Below, one piece after another: positions 1 through 9,072 of a stretch of DNA of 64,000 nucleotides. Source of the stretch: Bdellovibrionales bacterium (GTDB lineage: Bacteria > Bdellovibrionota > UBA1018 > JADZFF01); the NCBI GenBank assembly GCA_020850015.1, contig JADZFF010000033.1, forward strand, positions 50-64,049. Direction: 5' to 3'. Positions within the stretch are counted from its first letter, which is position 1, and each line of letters begins with the position of its first letter. Position numbers and translations under genes: made by a program. The notes beneath the pieces are model-generated. The model searched no databases, was not told the DNA's origin, and worked only from the letters and a program-made list of their open reading frames with translations.

Positions 1-1
1 G

Positions 2-775
2 GGTTGGATTTTAGGTTTCAGCATGTTGGGCAGCGCGGGCGCGCTCGGCGTGGCGTCGATTTTCCTCAAGCTCGACCCGCAGGGGCGCGAGCAGGCCGTG
101 CCCCCGCTCCTGAGTTTCGCCACGGGGACGCTGCTCGGCGCGGCCTTCCTGGGTCTTTTGCCCGAGGCGCTGGAGCTCGCACGGCCCGACGGCGTGTTCA
201 GCGCGCTCCTGGCGGGCTTCGTGGCTTTTTTCGTACTCGAGAAAGCCGTGCTCTGGCACCATTGCCAGCACGACGCAGGCTGCGTCGAGCACCTGGACCA
301 TCACCTGGATCCGCATCGTGGGCACGCGGCCGCGGGCCCTTTGATCCTCATCGGCGACGCGATCCACAAGTTCGTCGACGGCGTGGTGATCGCCACGAGC
401 TTCATGGTGTCGGTGCCGATGGGAGTGGCCACCTCGCTCGCGATCGTGGCCCACGAGATCCCGCATCAGGTGGGCGATTTCGCCATCCTTCTCAAGAGCG
501 GATTCACGGCAGGGCGCGCGCTCCGTTTGAGCCTGCTCTCCGCGCTTGTGGCGGTGGTCGGCGCCGTGGCGGCCTATTTCTTCCTTTCGTCCGTGCAGCC
601 GGCGGTGCCCTACCTAATGGCCTTCGCGGCCTCGGGATTCATCTACATCGCCGTGTCGGACCTCGTGCCCGGCCTGCACAAGTTCACGAACTTCTGGCAC
701 AGCGCCCTTCAGGTGGCTCTGATCGTGGCCGGCATGGTGACGATCGCGCTGCTCAAGGGCGGCCACGCCCACTGA
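2..775 (+). CDS. ZIP-family divalent metal (zinc) transporter; 5' end probably lies outside the window
   Basis: Polytopic hydrophobic protein with the ZIP signature HEIPHQVGDFAILL and a His-rich loop (HHCQHD...HLDHHLDPH). The frame stays open upstream of the listed Met back to base 2 (GWILGFS...). Confidence 0.85.
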   Translation, partial: GWILGFSMLGSAGALGVASIFLKLDPQGREQAVPPLLSFATGTLLGAAFLGLLPEALELARPDGVFSALLAGFVAFFVLEKAVLWHHCQHDAGCVEHLDHHLDPHRGHAAAGPLILIGDAIHKFVDGVVIATSFMVSVPMGVATSLAIVAHEIPHQVGDFAILLKSGFTAGRALRLSLLSALVAVVGAVAAYFFLSSVQPAVPYLMAFAASGFIYIAVSDLVPGLHKFTNFWHSALQVALIVAGMVTIALLKGGHAH

Positions 776-2006
776 GGGCCGGCGCCACGCGCCCGAACCA
801 CAGGAGCGACATCAGGCTGAAGGCGAGCAGCAGCCCAAGCGTCACGGGCGAAGCCGGCACCGCCGTGCCTGTCGCGATACGGCCGAGGGTGAGCGCGAGC
901 CCCGTCGCCGCGCCCGCGAGCCGCGCCCATTCGAGCCGGATCGCCCAGGCTTTCCTCTCGAGCAGGCCACCCCAGGAGGCCACGCTGAGCAGGATGCAGG
1001 CGCAGAGCCCCGCGCGCAGGGGGGCCGGGATGACGTCCGGGTTCCACATGAGCGTGGTGAGGCCCGTGGCGAGCGCGGCGAACTGGATGAGAAGGTAGGG
1101 CTGGAGGGCGCGGGCGTAGGGTGGGTCCCACTTCTTGGCGCGTTTGTCGGGCACGGGGATCTCGTGGTGCTTCAGGCCCGTTCCGCGCCACTCGGGCGGC
1201 ATCACCCAGAGCAGGAGCCCGTCCTTGAGGTTTCGCGCCTGGCGCGACTCGTTCCACAGGTGTGCGAAGGGCTCGATGTTGGCCCAGAGCGGGTTCCAGC
1301 TCTTGAAGGCGCGAACCGTGCCGTACACGGGCTCCTCGCGCTCTTCTTCGAAGGAGCGGAAGAGTCGGTCCCAAATGATGCTGATGCCGCCGTAGTTCTT
1401 GTCGATGTACTTCGGGTTCACGCCGTGGTGCACGCGGTGGTGCGAGGCCGTGTTGAACACCCATTCCAGGGGGCCGAGCTTGCCCACGAGCCGCGTGTGG
1501 ATCCAGAACTGGTACAGGGTGTTGAGCGCGATCGAGATGAGCGTGACCTGCGGGGGCACGCCCACGAGCGCGAGCATCCCGTAGAAGGGGAAGGAGGTGA
1601 AGTTCGAGAACATCGCCTGCCGAAGCGCCACGCTGAGGTTGTACTCCTGGCTCTGGTGGTGCACGACGTGCACCGCCCAGAGCGCGTTCACGCGGTGGCT
1701 GAGCCGGTGCCACCAGTAGTAGGCGAGATCCACGCCCACCATCGCGATCACCCAGGTGCTCCAGCGCGAGGGGTCGAGCTTCCAGATCGAGAAACGGTCG
1801 TAGACCAGGGTGTAAGCCGCCGCGATCCAGAGCGTGGTGAAGATCTGGAGGGTTTGCTGGCCGATGCCGCAGCCCAGGTCGGCGATGGAATCGTTGAGTC
1901 GGTACACATCCCGTCGTTTCCTCAGGGACATCACCCATTCGAAGGCGATCAGGGCGAAGAATCCGGGGATGGCCAGGGCGATGGCTTGGGAGGAGCTGGT
2001 AAGCAT
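753..2006 (-). CDS. Fatty-acid hydroxylase superfamily di-iron membrane enzyme, alkylglycerol monooxygenase (AGMO/TMEM195)-like (sterol desaturase family)
   Basis: Histidine boxes WWHRLSH, HVVHHQSQEYNLSVALRQ and HHRVHHGVNPKYIDKNYGG, plus extra C-terminal TM helices. The ATG at 2006 (MLTSSSQAIALAIPGFF) is preferred over the TTG at 2042. Confidence 0.85.
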   Translation of the reverse strand: MLTSSSQAIALAIPGFFALIAFEWVMSLRKRRDVYRLNDSIADLGCGIGQQTLQIFTTLWIAAAYTLVYDRFSIWKLDPSRWSTWVIAMVGVDLAYYWWHRLSHRVNALWAVHVVHHQSQEYNLSVALRQAMFSNFTSFPFYGMLALVGVPPQVTLISIALNTLYQFWIHTRLVGKLGPLEWVFNTASHHRVHHGVNPKYIDKNYGGISIIWDRLFRSFEEEREEPVYGTVRAFKSWNPLWANIEPFAHLWNESRQARNLKDGLLLWVMPPEWRGTGLKHHEIPVPDKRAKKWDPPYARALQPYLLIQFAALATGLTTLMWNPDVIPAPLRAGLCACILLSVASWGGLLERKAWAIRLEWARLAGAATGLALTLGRIATGTAVPASPVTLGLLLAFSLMSLLWFGRVAPALSGRGRP

Positions 2007-2216
2007 GATTTCACAGTAATCCCGCACTCCTAGGCGGGGCAATGAGTCGGAAAACTATTGCCTGACATGATATATCGGCTTTTGGTTTGACTGAATAAGT
2101 CGGGATTGGTAACCCCCGCCCATTGGACCGGGTCGTCTGCCGCCAGAACGACTCACAAATGGGAGAGCACCCTGGGATTCAGGACGATGAGTCCCATCGG
2201 GTTTGCCGGAGGTATC

Positions 2217-3071
2217 ATGTCGTTCTTTTCAAAGATTCTTACGGCTTTGGGTCTGGCGTTGGCCTTTGGGATCGCGGCGCAACCCGCGGCGGCCTTGCCC
2301 CCGGGCACGGGCTTCCAGATGCAGCCCGACGGCGTGCACGTGCCGATGATTGAAGTCTCCACCGGCGTGGAGGTGGCCTCCTCTGAAGAAGCGGCCGTTC
2401 AAGTGCTTCTGGGCTTCGAGTACCGCGGCGTGGAAGGCGTGAAAGAGGGCACCTACTGGGCCCGCGTTTACGTGGAAGGCGGGATGGATGTCATCGACGG
2501 CTCCGTGGGTAGCTTCCGCGTGGAGTTCACCCCCTACCGCGCGATCGGCGAATCGAATCCGGTGCCGATTTCCTGGGAGACGCGCCTTTTCAATACCGTG
2601 ATCGCGCACGACGAGCGAACCGGCCAGGATCTCGACGGCACGATCAAGCTCTTCGGCTTCCGCGGCGGGCTCTTTCTGCCCGCCTCCGATCCGGGCGACT
2701 TCGAAGCCATGATCGTCGTGGCGCTCGAGGCCTTGGGCGGCCACATCCGCCAGTTCGCCGAGCACGAGCTCGAAACTTTCTACGGCGCTTACGTGGCCGG
2801 GGCCTCGCTCGAAGCCACCTTCGGTTGGCAGCTCAACGAGGACTTCAAGATCACGGGCACCTTCGGCGTGGGCGGCGATCTCTCGATGGGCTCTTCGGGC
2901 GGCGACTTCACGGCGCTCGTCGACTCCGAGATGCACCTGAACTTCGTGCTCAGCTGGCGCAACATGATCGACTTCATCATCGGCGGATCGCTCGAGAACT
3001 ACGCCGACACGGGCAACGACCGCTCGGTGGGCGTGGCGAAGTTCCTCGCGAGCCTGCGGTTCCGGTTCTGA
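2217..3071 (+). CDS. Secreted protein, possible outer-membrane beta-barrel; first gene of the PLD1 operon
   Basis: GGAGG Shine-Dalgarno 5 nt upstream of the ATG at 2217. Classical signal peptide MSFFSKILTALGLALAFGIAAQPAAA and OMP-like C-terminus ...LASLRFRF. The stop lies 13 nt before the PLD1 start. Confidence 0.6.
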   Translation: MSFFSKILTALGLALAFGIAAQPAAALPPGTGFQMQPDGVHVPMIEVSTGVEVASSEEAAVQVLLGFEYRGVEGVKEGTYWARVYVEGGMDVIDGSVGSFRVEFTPYRAIGESNPVPISWETRLFNTVIAHDERTGQDLDGTIKLFGFRGGLFLPASDPGDFEAMIVVALEALGGHIRQFAEHELETFYGAYVAGASLEATFGWQLNEDFKITGTFGVGGDLSMGSSGGDFTALVDSEMHLNFVLSWRNMIDFIIGGSLENYADTGNDRSVGVAKFLASLRFRF

Positions 3072-3084
3072 GGGGGCGGCTCAG

Positions 3085-4920
3085 ATGATCCCCCTTCGCT
3101 CAGCGCTTCTGGTGTCAGTGGTCCTGGCCTCCGCTTTCGCCGGCCAGGCTCAGGCGGGCGGCCGCAGAGCGCCCCGGATCGATCTCAATGAGCTTGCCCG
3201 CTACTATGCGGAACAGTCCGGCGGCCTCGTGCCGCTGGCGCCCGGCGCCCATGGCCGCGGCGGGCACCTGCGTTTCACCTGGGACGAGCGCAAGCGGCCG
3301 AAGCGCATTCGCACGGTGCAGCCTTTGGACTACCACCTGAACCAGGGCCTGTTCGGCTTCGACGAGGAGCGGTTCCTCCGCGCCGAGGGCGCGGCCGATC
3401 TCGTGGATGCGCATTGGAGCTGGTACTCGCGCAAGGACTTCAACCTCTCCACCCAGCATCACGACCAGGACTACTACTACCTCGAAGGCTGGGAGCACCT
3501 CTTCCACCCTCCGGTGAAAGAGATGACGCTCCCGAAGGAGCGCTACTTCAAGGAGTTCACGCCCGAGGTTCCGCACCTGGCGAACTGGGCCGACGGTCAC
3601 GAGTACTTCAGCCCCGAGTTCCAGAAGAACATCGACCGGCTCACGGGCACGCAGCTCACCTACGGCAACCGTCTAACGATGCTCCCGAACAGCCAGGCTT
3701 ACGCGGCTAAGATGGATCTCGTGAAGCGTGCCCGGCGCTCGCTCTACGTCGGCGTGATGTTCTGGGCTTGCGACGCCACCTCGAGCGCGCTTCGCGACGA
3801 GCTCGTGAAGAAGATGCGCGAGGGCGTGGAGGTCCGCCTGGTCACCGAACGCTTCTATCGTGAGTTCCTGGGCCGCCGCTGCATCGACCGGATCGAGCAG
3901 CTGGGCATCCCCGTGCTCGTGATCGGCGACTCCTTCAACTCCGAAACCTCCACCTCCGCCTATCACCAGAAGTTCTGGATCCGCGACGGCGAGGAAGTGA
4001 TCCTGGGCGGCATGAACATCCTGGACTACGAGAACGAGGCCTCGGGCTTCAACGGGATGAACCGCGACACCGACGTGCGCGTGGTGGGCCCCTCCGCGAA
4101 GGACGCGCAGGCCTCTTTCATGCGCATGTGGAAGCGCTACTCCACGGCGCAGGCTCAGCGCGACTGGGCCGACGAGCGCCTGCGCGAGACCGAAGCCGAG
4201 CAGGCCGCGGAGGCCGCGCGCGGCGTACGCGGCCAAGCGAACTACGCCACCTGGTTGGGTTCGCCCGAGACGCGGATGAACGGCATCTGCCGCACGAACT
4301 TCCAGGGCACCATGGCCCGCGTGGAGCCGATCGCCCCGGTGGTGGAGGAGCACCTGCGCGCCGCGCGCAAGCTCACCGTGTTCTCCACTCCCGACATCAC
4401 CTTCAGCCTGGATGACCCCGCGAACGCCGAGCACCTCGATTCGCGCATCGCGCGCATCATGCGCCTCCTCACGGAGCGCAACTCGTCCACCGATCCGGTG
4501 CTCCGCATGCTCACGAACGGCGAGGCCGGGGGGGCGGGCGAGGTGTCGATCTGGATGCAGTACCGCACCATGGAGGCTCAGCAACACGGCAGCGCCTTCG
4601 CTGAGCAGTTCATGCGCCAGTGGAAGACCGTGGTGAGCCGCCGCGCCGCCGCCGGGAACCGGAAGCACTCCACCGAGGTGATGCACCAGAACCCGCAGTT
4701 CCGCGCCTACACGCACATGAACTACGTGCACGAGAAGGTGTTCCTCTTCGACCGGATCGCCTCGTTCATCAGTTCCTGGAACCTCGACCTGAACTCGGCC
4801 GACATCAACCACGAGGTCTCCGTGACCTGCCTGGACGAGAGCCTGCGCCAGCAGCTCGAGCATGAGCTGGCGCTCGATCTGGCGAACGCCGTGCCGATGG
4901 TGAGCAGGAACGGGAAATAG
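3085..4920 (+). CDS. Secreted phospholipase D superfamily protein with two HKD motifs (PLD1)
   Basis: Signal peptide MIPLRSALLVSVVLASAFAGQAQA. HKD motifs HQKFWIRDGEEVILGGMN and HEKVFLFDRIASFISSWN. Confidence 0.9.
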   Translation: MIPLRSALLVSVVLASAFAGQAQAGGRRAPRIDLNELARYYAEQSGGLVPLAPGAHGRGGHLRFTWDERKRPKRIRTVQPLDYHLNQGLFGFDEERFLRAEGAADLVDAHWSWYSRKDFNLSTQHHDQDYYYLEGWEHLFHPPVKEMTLPKERYFKEFTPEVPHLANWADGHEYFSPEFQKNIDRLTGTQLTYGNRLTMLPNSQAYAAKMDLVKRARRSLYVGVMFWACDATSSALRDELVKKMREGVEVRLVTERFYREFLGRRCIDRIEQLGIPVLVIGDSFNSETSTSAYHQKFWIRDGEEVILGGMNILDYENEASGFNGMNRDTDVRVVGPSAKDAQASFMRMWKRYSTAQAQRDWADERLRETEAEQAAEAARGVRGQANYATWLGSPETRMNGICRTNFQGTMARVEPIAPVVEEHLRAARKLTVFSTPDITFSLDDPANAEHLDSRIARIMRLLTERNSSTDPVLRMLTNGEAGGAGEVSIWMQYRTMEAQQHGSAFAEQFMRQWKTVVSRRAAAGNRKHSTEVMHQNPQFRAYTHMNYVHEKVFLFDRIASFISSWNLDLNSADINHEVSVTCLDESLRQQLEHELALDLANAVPMVSRNGK

Positions 4921-4958
4921 ATAGACCGGGCTCCCGGACCCTTGGCCCTGGGCTCGCG

Positions 4959-4981
4959 CACGAGAAAATCTCGTGTTTTTT
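4959..4981 (+). terminator. Rho-independent terminator candidate after PLD1
   Basis: Stem cacgag (loop aaaat) ctcgtg, followed by a run of six T, about 40 nt after the stop codon. Confidence 0.5.
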
Positions 4982-5058
4982 CCTTCGAGCGCGCTCTCGG
5001 CGGGATTTTCACCAGAAAACCTCGTGCGGCGCGCGGGTGGCGTTGATAGGGTCGGGGC

Positions 5059-5823
5059 GTGAGCAAGCAAGCCCCGAGTAAGGCCAGAGGCCGTTTAAGC
5101 GCGCGATCCTCCGCGCCCGCGCCGGCGTCTCGGCCCGCGCCCGCCGCTTCCGGCGCATTTCTGGCCGTCTCCGCCGGTCTGGGCTTCCTCGGCGCGGCGG
5201 TGAGCTCCTTTTACGCCGACCCGGCGGGGCATCTGCTGATCTGCAGGCTCGCGCTCGCCGCGCTCGCGGCCCGCGTGCTGCTCGCCGCGGCGATCCCGGG
5301 GCTCCGGCCCCGCCTCGCGAGCTCCGCCTGGCTGCTCGCGGGCGCGGGATTGGGCACGCTCGTGGCGCACCCCGCGATCTGGAACTGGGTGTTTCTGGCG
5401 CCCGCGGTGGTGCTGGCCGGAGTGGCCGCGCCTTTCGTGGCGCGCTCGCCCAGCGGCCCTGACGGGAACCAACTCCCCTTCGTACCGGAACGCGCGGCCG
5501 GGCGGGTGGGGGCCCTGTTCGTGGGCGCGGCGCTTTTGATCGGCAACGCCAACCATCTCCTCGACTTTAGCGAAGCACCGCTCGTGCGGGCGGAGTGGCT
5601 GGGCGTGGAGCCGGGCGGGTTCGGTGGGCACCTGATTCGGCTCACTCCGCGCGAACCCGTGGACCGGTTTTCCCCGGTGTGGCGCGCGCGCGGCCTGGGC
5701 GCGCTCGCGGAGCTCAGGCCCGGAGCGCCCGTGCTGGTGCGGCAGGGTGCCGGGCTCTTCGGCGCCGCCTGGCTTCGGGAGCTTCGGCCCGACGCCGGCC
5801 GCTCGGCGCCGTCAGGCTCCTGA
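5059..5823 (+). CDS. Hypothetical polytopic membrane protein between the two PLD paralogs
   Basis: GTG-initiated 254-aa ORF with several Ala/Leu-rich hydrophobic segments and no recognisable motif. Coding status rests on its position, strand and the absence of a better competing frame. Confidence 0.45.
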   Translation: MSKQAPSKARGRLSARSSAPAPASRPAPAASGAFLAVSAGLGFLGAAVSSFYADPAGHLLICRLALAALAARVLLAAAIPGLRPRLASSAWLLAGAGLGTLVAHPAIWNWVFLAPAVVLAGVAAPFVARSPSGPDGNQLPFVPERAAGRVGALFVGAALLIGNANHLLDFSEAPLVRAEWLGVEPGGFGGHLIRLTPREPVDRFSPVWRARGLGALAELRPGAPVLVRQGAGLFGAAWLRELRPDAGRSAPSGS

Positions 5824-5976
5824 CGATTGCGGGGCTCGCGCGCAAGACCTGTGAGCGGCGTGAGTTCTCTGTCAGAATTTGCCCCGCACGCCCTTGCCGG
5901 CTTGCATCGCTCATCTCTTCTCCCGCACACTTGAGGCAATACATCGGGGGGATGAATGGTTCCTTTTCACGGACGG

Positions 5977-7926
5977 ATGGGAACCGGTCGGGCACGGGTG
6001 TCCGCACTGGTTGGAAGAAAGTACGCCATGGCTCTGGCGGCCACGATGGCCGCGCTCCTGGCGAACGCCGGTTCGCCCGCGCTCGCGGCCGGGAAGAAGC
6101 GGCCCGAGCCCCCCGCGGGCTCAGGCCCGGTGACGATCATCCCCACGCCCCCGGGCGACACGCCGGCTCAGTCGGCCGCCCGCCCCGCGGTCACCGCCGC
6201 GATGGACGCGATGTGGATGAAGGCCGACCCGCCCAGCCCCATCGAGGGCCCGGGCGGCGAGGCCTGGACGGAGGAGACGGACCCTCCCATGGAGTGGCTG
6301 ATCCCCTACTACGACGCCGTGACCGGGGGCCTGATCTCGCCCGCGCCGGCCGCCGCCCCGGACACGCCCGCGCAGGATTACTTCCAGCTCGACGTGGAGG
6401 GCTTCCTGGGTCGCACCCGTCACGCCGACTTCGCCGAGGCCAAACGGGCCTTCTACGGCAACCTGGATTTCGATACCAAGCGCCAGAAGCACGAGGAGCC
6501 GTACTATTACATGGTGCCCTGGAAGCTCCTCTTCCACCCGCCCATCAAGCGGCTCTCACTCCCGCGCGCCCGCTACCATTCGGGCATGCAGGCCTGGGAT
6601 CCCGCGGCCCACGAGTCGCCCTACTTCGAGCCGCGCCTCCAGTGGGACATCGACTTCAAGACCGGCACTGAGATGACCTACGGGAACGAGCTGGAGCTCC
6701 GCCCCAACCAGAGCTCCTACCGCGAGCGCCTGCGCATGCTGCGCGAGGCGAAGAAGTACTTCTTCGGCACCGTGATGTTCTACACCTGCGACACCACGGG
6801 CAACGAGTTCCTCGAGGAGCTGATCCGCCGGAAGAAGGAAGGCATCGACGTGCGCATGATCGTGGAGGGGCTCTACGCCTACACGATCAATCGCAAGTGC
6901 ATCGACCGCATGATCAAGGGCGGCGTGGACGTGATCCGGGTGGACGACTTCTGGAAGCCCACCTCCTTCATCTCCGTGCTGCACAACAAGTTCTGGATCC
7001 GGGACGGCGAGGAGGCCGTGATCGGCGGGCAGAACTTCCACGATTTCGCCAACACCTCCGACGGCTTCCACCTCACGCGCGATACCGACGTGTGGGTCAA
7101 GCGCGGCCCCTCGGTGACGGATCTCGAGTACGAGTACCTGCGCCTCTGGAAGCGCTACGCCAAGAAGCGCAAGAACCAGCCCGCCGAGCCCTACCTTTCG
7201 GCCGTGGCCGCGAGGATCGAAAAGGAGCGCCAGACCCGCGTCCGCGGGCGCCTGAGCTACTCCTACTGGCTCTCTGACCCCGCGAAGCGCATGAACGGCA
7301 TCTGCCGCGTGATGGTGCAGGATCGCATGGCTTCCCGCCAGGCCATAGCGCCCCTCCTGATCGACTACATCAACGCGGCGAAGAGCCACGTGTTCATGAC
7401 CACGCCGAGCGTGAAGTTCAACAAGAAGGACAAGGTGAAGAAGCCCAAGCTCGAGGACGAGCTTTTCTTCGCCTACCAGCGCGCCGCGAACGAGCGGGGC
7501 GTGAAGCTCGATCTCGTCTCCAACGGACTGGCCGGCGGCATGGGCGACATGCAGAACTTCTTCGAGAAGTTCCTCGACTCGGACAGCCTCAAGAACAAGA
7601 AGCTCATCAAGAAGCTGATCCGGAGCCTGGGCGTGTCCATGAGCGAGAACGGCGCCGAGAAGGACCGCGACCACATGCTCAAGGTGCTGGAGAAGGTGCC
7701 GGGCTCGCGAGCCTGGGGCTACTTCCAGTTCCTGCACGCCAAGACCCAGCTCTTCGACCGCACGCTCGCCGGCGTGACGAGCTTCAACTGGGACGGGCAC
7801 TCCTCGCGCACGAACCACGAATCCGGGATTTTCTGTCTGGACCGCAAGCTCGTGAACCAGCTTGAGGAGCAGATGGTCATGGACCTCATCAACTCCGTGC
7901 CCATCGTGAGCCGCAACGGGTTTTAG
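5977..7926 (+). CDS. Secreted phospholipase D superfamily protein with two HKD motifs (PLD2, paralog of PLD1)
   Basis: HKD motifs HNKFWIRDGEEAVIGGQN and HAKTQLFDRTLAGVTSFN. It is collinear with PLD1 through the blocks YYY..LFHPP, TYGN, RMNGICR and VPIVSRNG. The start at MGTGRARVSALVGRKYAMALAATMAALLANAGSPALAA gives a charged n-region; an alternative ATG is at 6028. Confidence 0.9.
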   Translation: MGTGRARVSALVGRKYAMALAATMAALLANAGSPALAAGKKRPEPPAGSGPVTIIPTPPGDTPAQSAARPAVTAAMDAMWMKADPPSPIEGPGGEAWTEETDPPMEWLIPYYDAVTGGLISPAPAAAPDTPAQDYFQLDVEGFLGRTRHADFAEAKRAFYGNLDFDTKRQKHEEPYYYMVPWKLLFHPPIKRLSLPRARYHSGMQAWDPAAHESPYFEPRLQWDIDFKTGTEMTYGNELELRPNQSSYRERLRMLREAKKYFFGTVMFYTCDTTGNEFLEELIRRKKEGIDVRMIVEGLYAYTINRKCIDRMIKGGVDVIRVDDFWKPTSFISVLHNKFWIRDGEEAVIGGQNFHDFANTSDGFHLTRDTDVWVKRGPSVTDLEYEYLRLWKRYAKKRKNQPAEPYLSAVAARIEKERQTRVRGRLSYSYWLSDPAKRMNGICRVMVQDRMASRQAIAPLLIDYINAAKSHVFMTTPSVKFNKKDKVKKPKLEDELFFAYQRAANERGVKLDLVSNGLAGGMGDMQNFFEKFLDSDSLKNKKLIKKLIRSLGVSMSENGAEKDRDHMLKVLEKVPGSRAWGYFQFLHAKTQLFDRTLAGVTSFNWDGHSSRTNHESGIFCLDRKLVNQLEEQMVMDLINSVPIVSRNGF

Positions 7927-8022
7927 GGGGTTTCAGCAGGGGCGACGACACCAGCGGCCAGCTCGGCGACGGCAGGACATCCACTGCTCACCGTCGCCGG
8001 TCGGAGTGGACCTCACCGGGAT

Positions 8023-9072
8023 CTAGAGCAGGCTCGCCTGCACGCCCAGAGTCGCCGTGTTGAGCACGAGCGAGTTGCCTTGCAGCTCCGACTCGTAACG
8101 CGCGTCCGTGAGATCGAGCGTGATCGCCCAGCCCCACCTATTGGGTTTCGAGAGCAGCTGCACCCCGCCCCCGATCGCGAGCTCGCGATGGGAGAGCGAG
8201 ATGCCTTCGCGAATGTCGCCGATCGGGGCGTACTTGAGGTAACCGAACCAGCCCCGCCCCTCCTTGGGAAACTTCGCGGCCGAGAGAAAGAGCTGCGGCC
8301 CGGAAAGCAGGTCCACGCCGTACGCGCGGCCCTCGGTGCGCATCGTCCAGAGGTACCAGCCCGTGAGGAGTTTCCAGGTGGCCCCGGCCCACCTCGCGGG
8401 CAGGGTGAACCCGAAGCGGCCGTTGACACCCAGAAAGCGGACGCTGTTGATGGTGCTAGGCGAGTGTGTCAGGGACACGACGTTGAAAAAGATGTTGGCG
8501 CCGAGGTCGATCTTTCCGGGCAGGAGCGGATACGCGGCCACGAACTTCGGCGTGAGCGCCACCTCGGAGAGCCGGATGTTCCCGGGATCCTCGCGGTAGG
8601 CGAGGTAAGTCCACCCGAGGCCCGCGCTCAGGGTCAGGCGCCGCGCTCCGGGCTTCCGCTCCTTCTCGGGCGCGTTTTTCCGCCATGCGCCCTCGTGCGA
8701 GCGAACGAGCACGACCTCGGTCTGGATCTCGCCAAGGGGGCTCACGGCCACGAAGGTCACCTTCGTGATCTCGGAGCGCACGGGCACGACGATGTCGAAC
8801 TGCCCCGTGCTCATGAGCTCGATGCGCTGCCGAGGAGCCGATAGGAGCCAGTTTTTCCTCTCGAAACGGCCCTGAAGCCTGATCTTGAGCGGGGCTTCGC
8901 CCGGTTTCTCGCCGGGCTCACGGAGGTACGAAAGCCCCTTCGAAATCCAGGTCAGTCCCTGGATGCGGCTCCGGGTCTCGGGCGGCCGAATCAGCACGGC
9001 GTCGGTGGGCTCTTCGGCCGCGCGCGCATCGGCGCAGAAGAGAGCCAGAGCCGCGAGCAGGAGCGCGCTCAT
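8023..9072 (-). CDS. Secreted protein with a beta-barrel-like C-terminal half (putative outer-membrane protein)
   Basis: Signal peptide MSALLLAALALFCADARA and an alternating hydrophobic pattern in the C-terminal 200 aa. Its ATG overlaps the stop of the upstream gene (ATGA at 9069-9072). Confidence 0.6.
   Translation of the reverse strand: MSALLLAALALFCADARAAEEPTDAVLIRPPETRSRIQGLTWISKGLSYLREPGEKPGEAPLKIRLQGRFERKNWLLSAPRQRIELMSTGQFDIVVPVRSEITKVTFVAVSPLGEIQTEVVLVRSHEGAWRKNAPEKERKPGARRLTLSAGLGWTYLAYREDPGNIRLSEVALTPKFVAAYPLLPGKIDLGANIFFNVVSLTHSPSTINSVRFLGVNGRFGFTLPARWAGATWKLLTGWYLWTMRTEGRAYGVDLLSGPQLFLSAAKFPKEGRGWFGYLKYAPIGDIREGISLSHRELAIGGGVQLLSKPNRWGWAITLDLTDARYESELQGNSLVLNTATLGVQASLL

Noticed and set aside
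709-1938. 409-aa ORF (and the 364-aa ORF at 4-1098, the 289-aa ORF at 1164-2033) overlapping the ZIP and hydroxylase genes
   Set aside because: These are shadow frames of high-GC coding DNA. The translations are Arg/Pro/Gly/Ala-rich low complexity with no motifs, whereas the competing frames carry clear ZIP and His-box signatures.
2087-2115. TTGACT-N17-TAACCC as the promoter of the OMP-PLD1 operon
   Set aside because: The -10 hexamer matches the consensus only at TA, which is too weak to list as a feature.
3673-5070. 465-aa antisense ORF across PLD1, and the similar 420-aa ORF at 6556-7818 across PLD2
   Set aside because: They are antisense to genes with unambiguous HKD motifs, and their composition (runs of H, V, G, A, R, L) is typical of GC-rich reverse frames.
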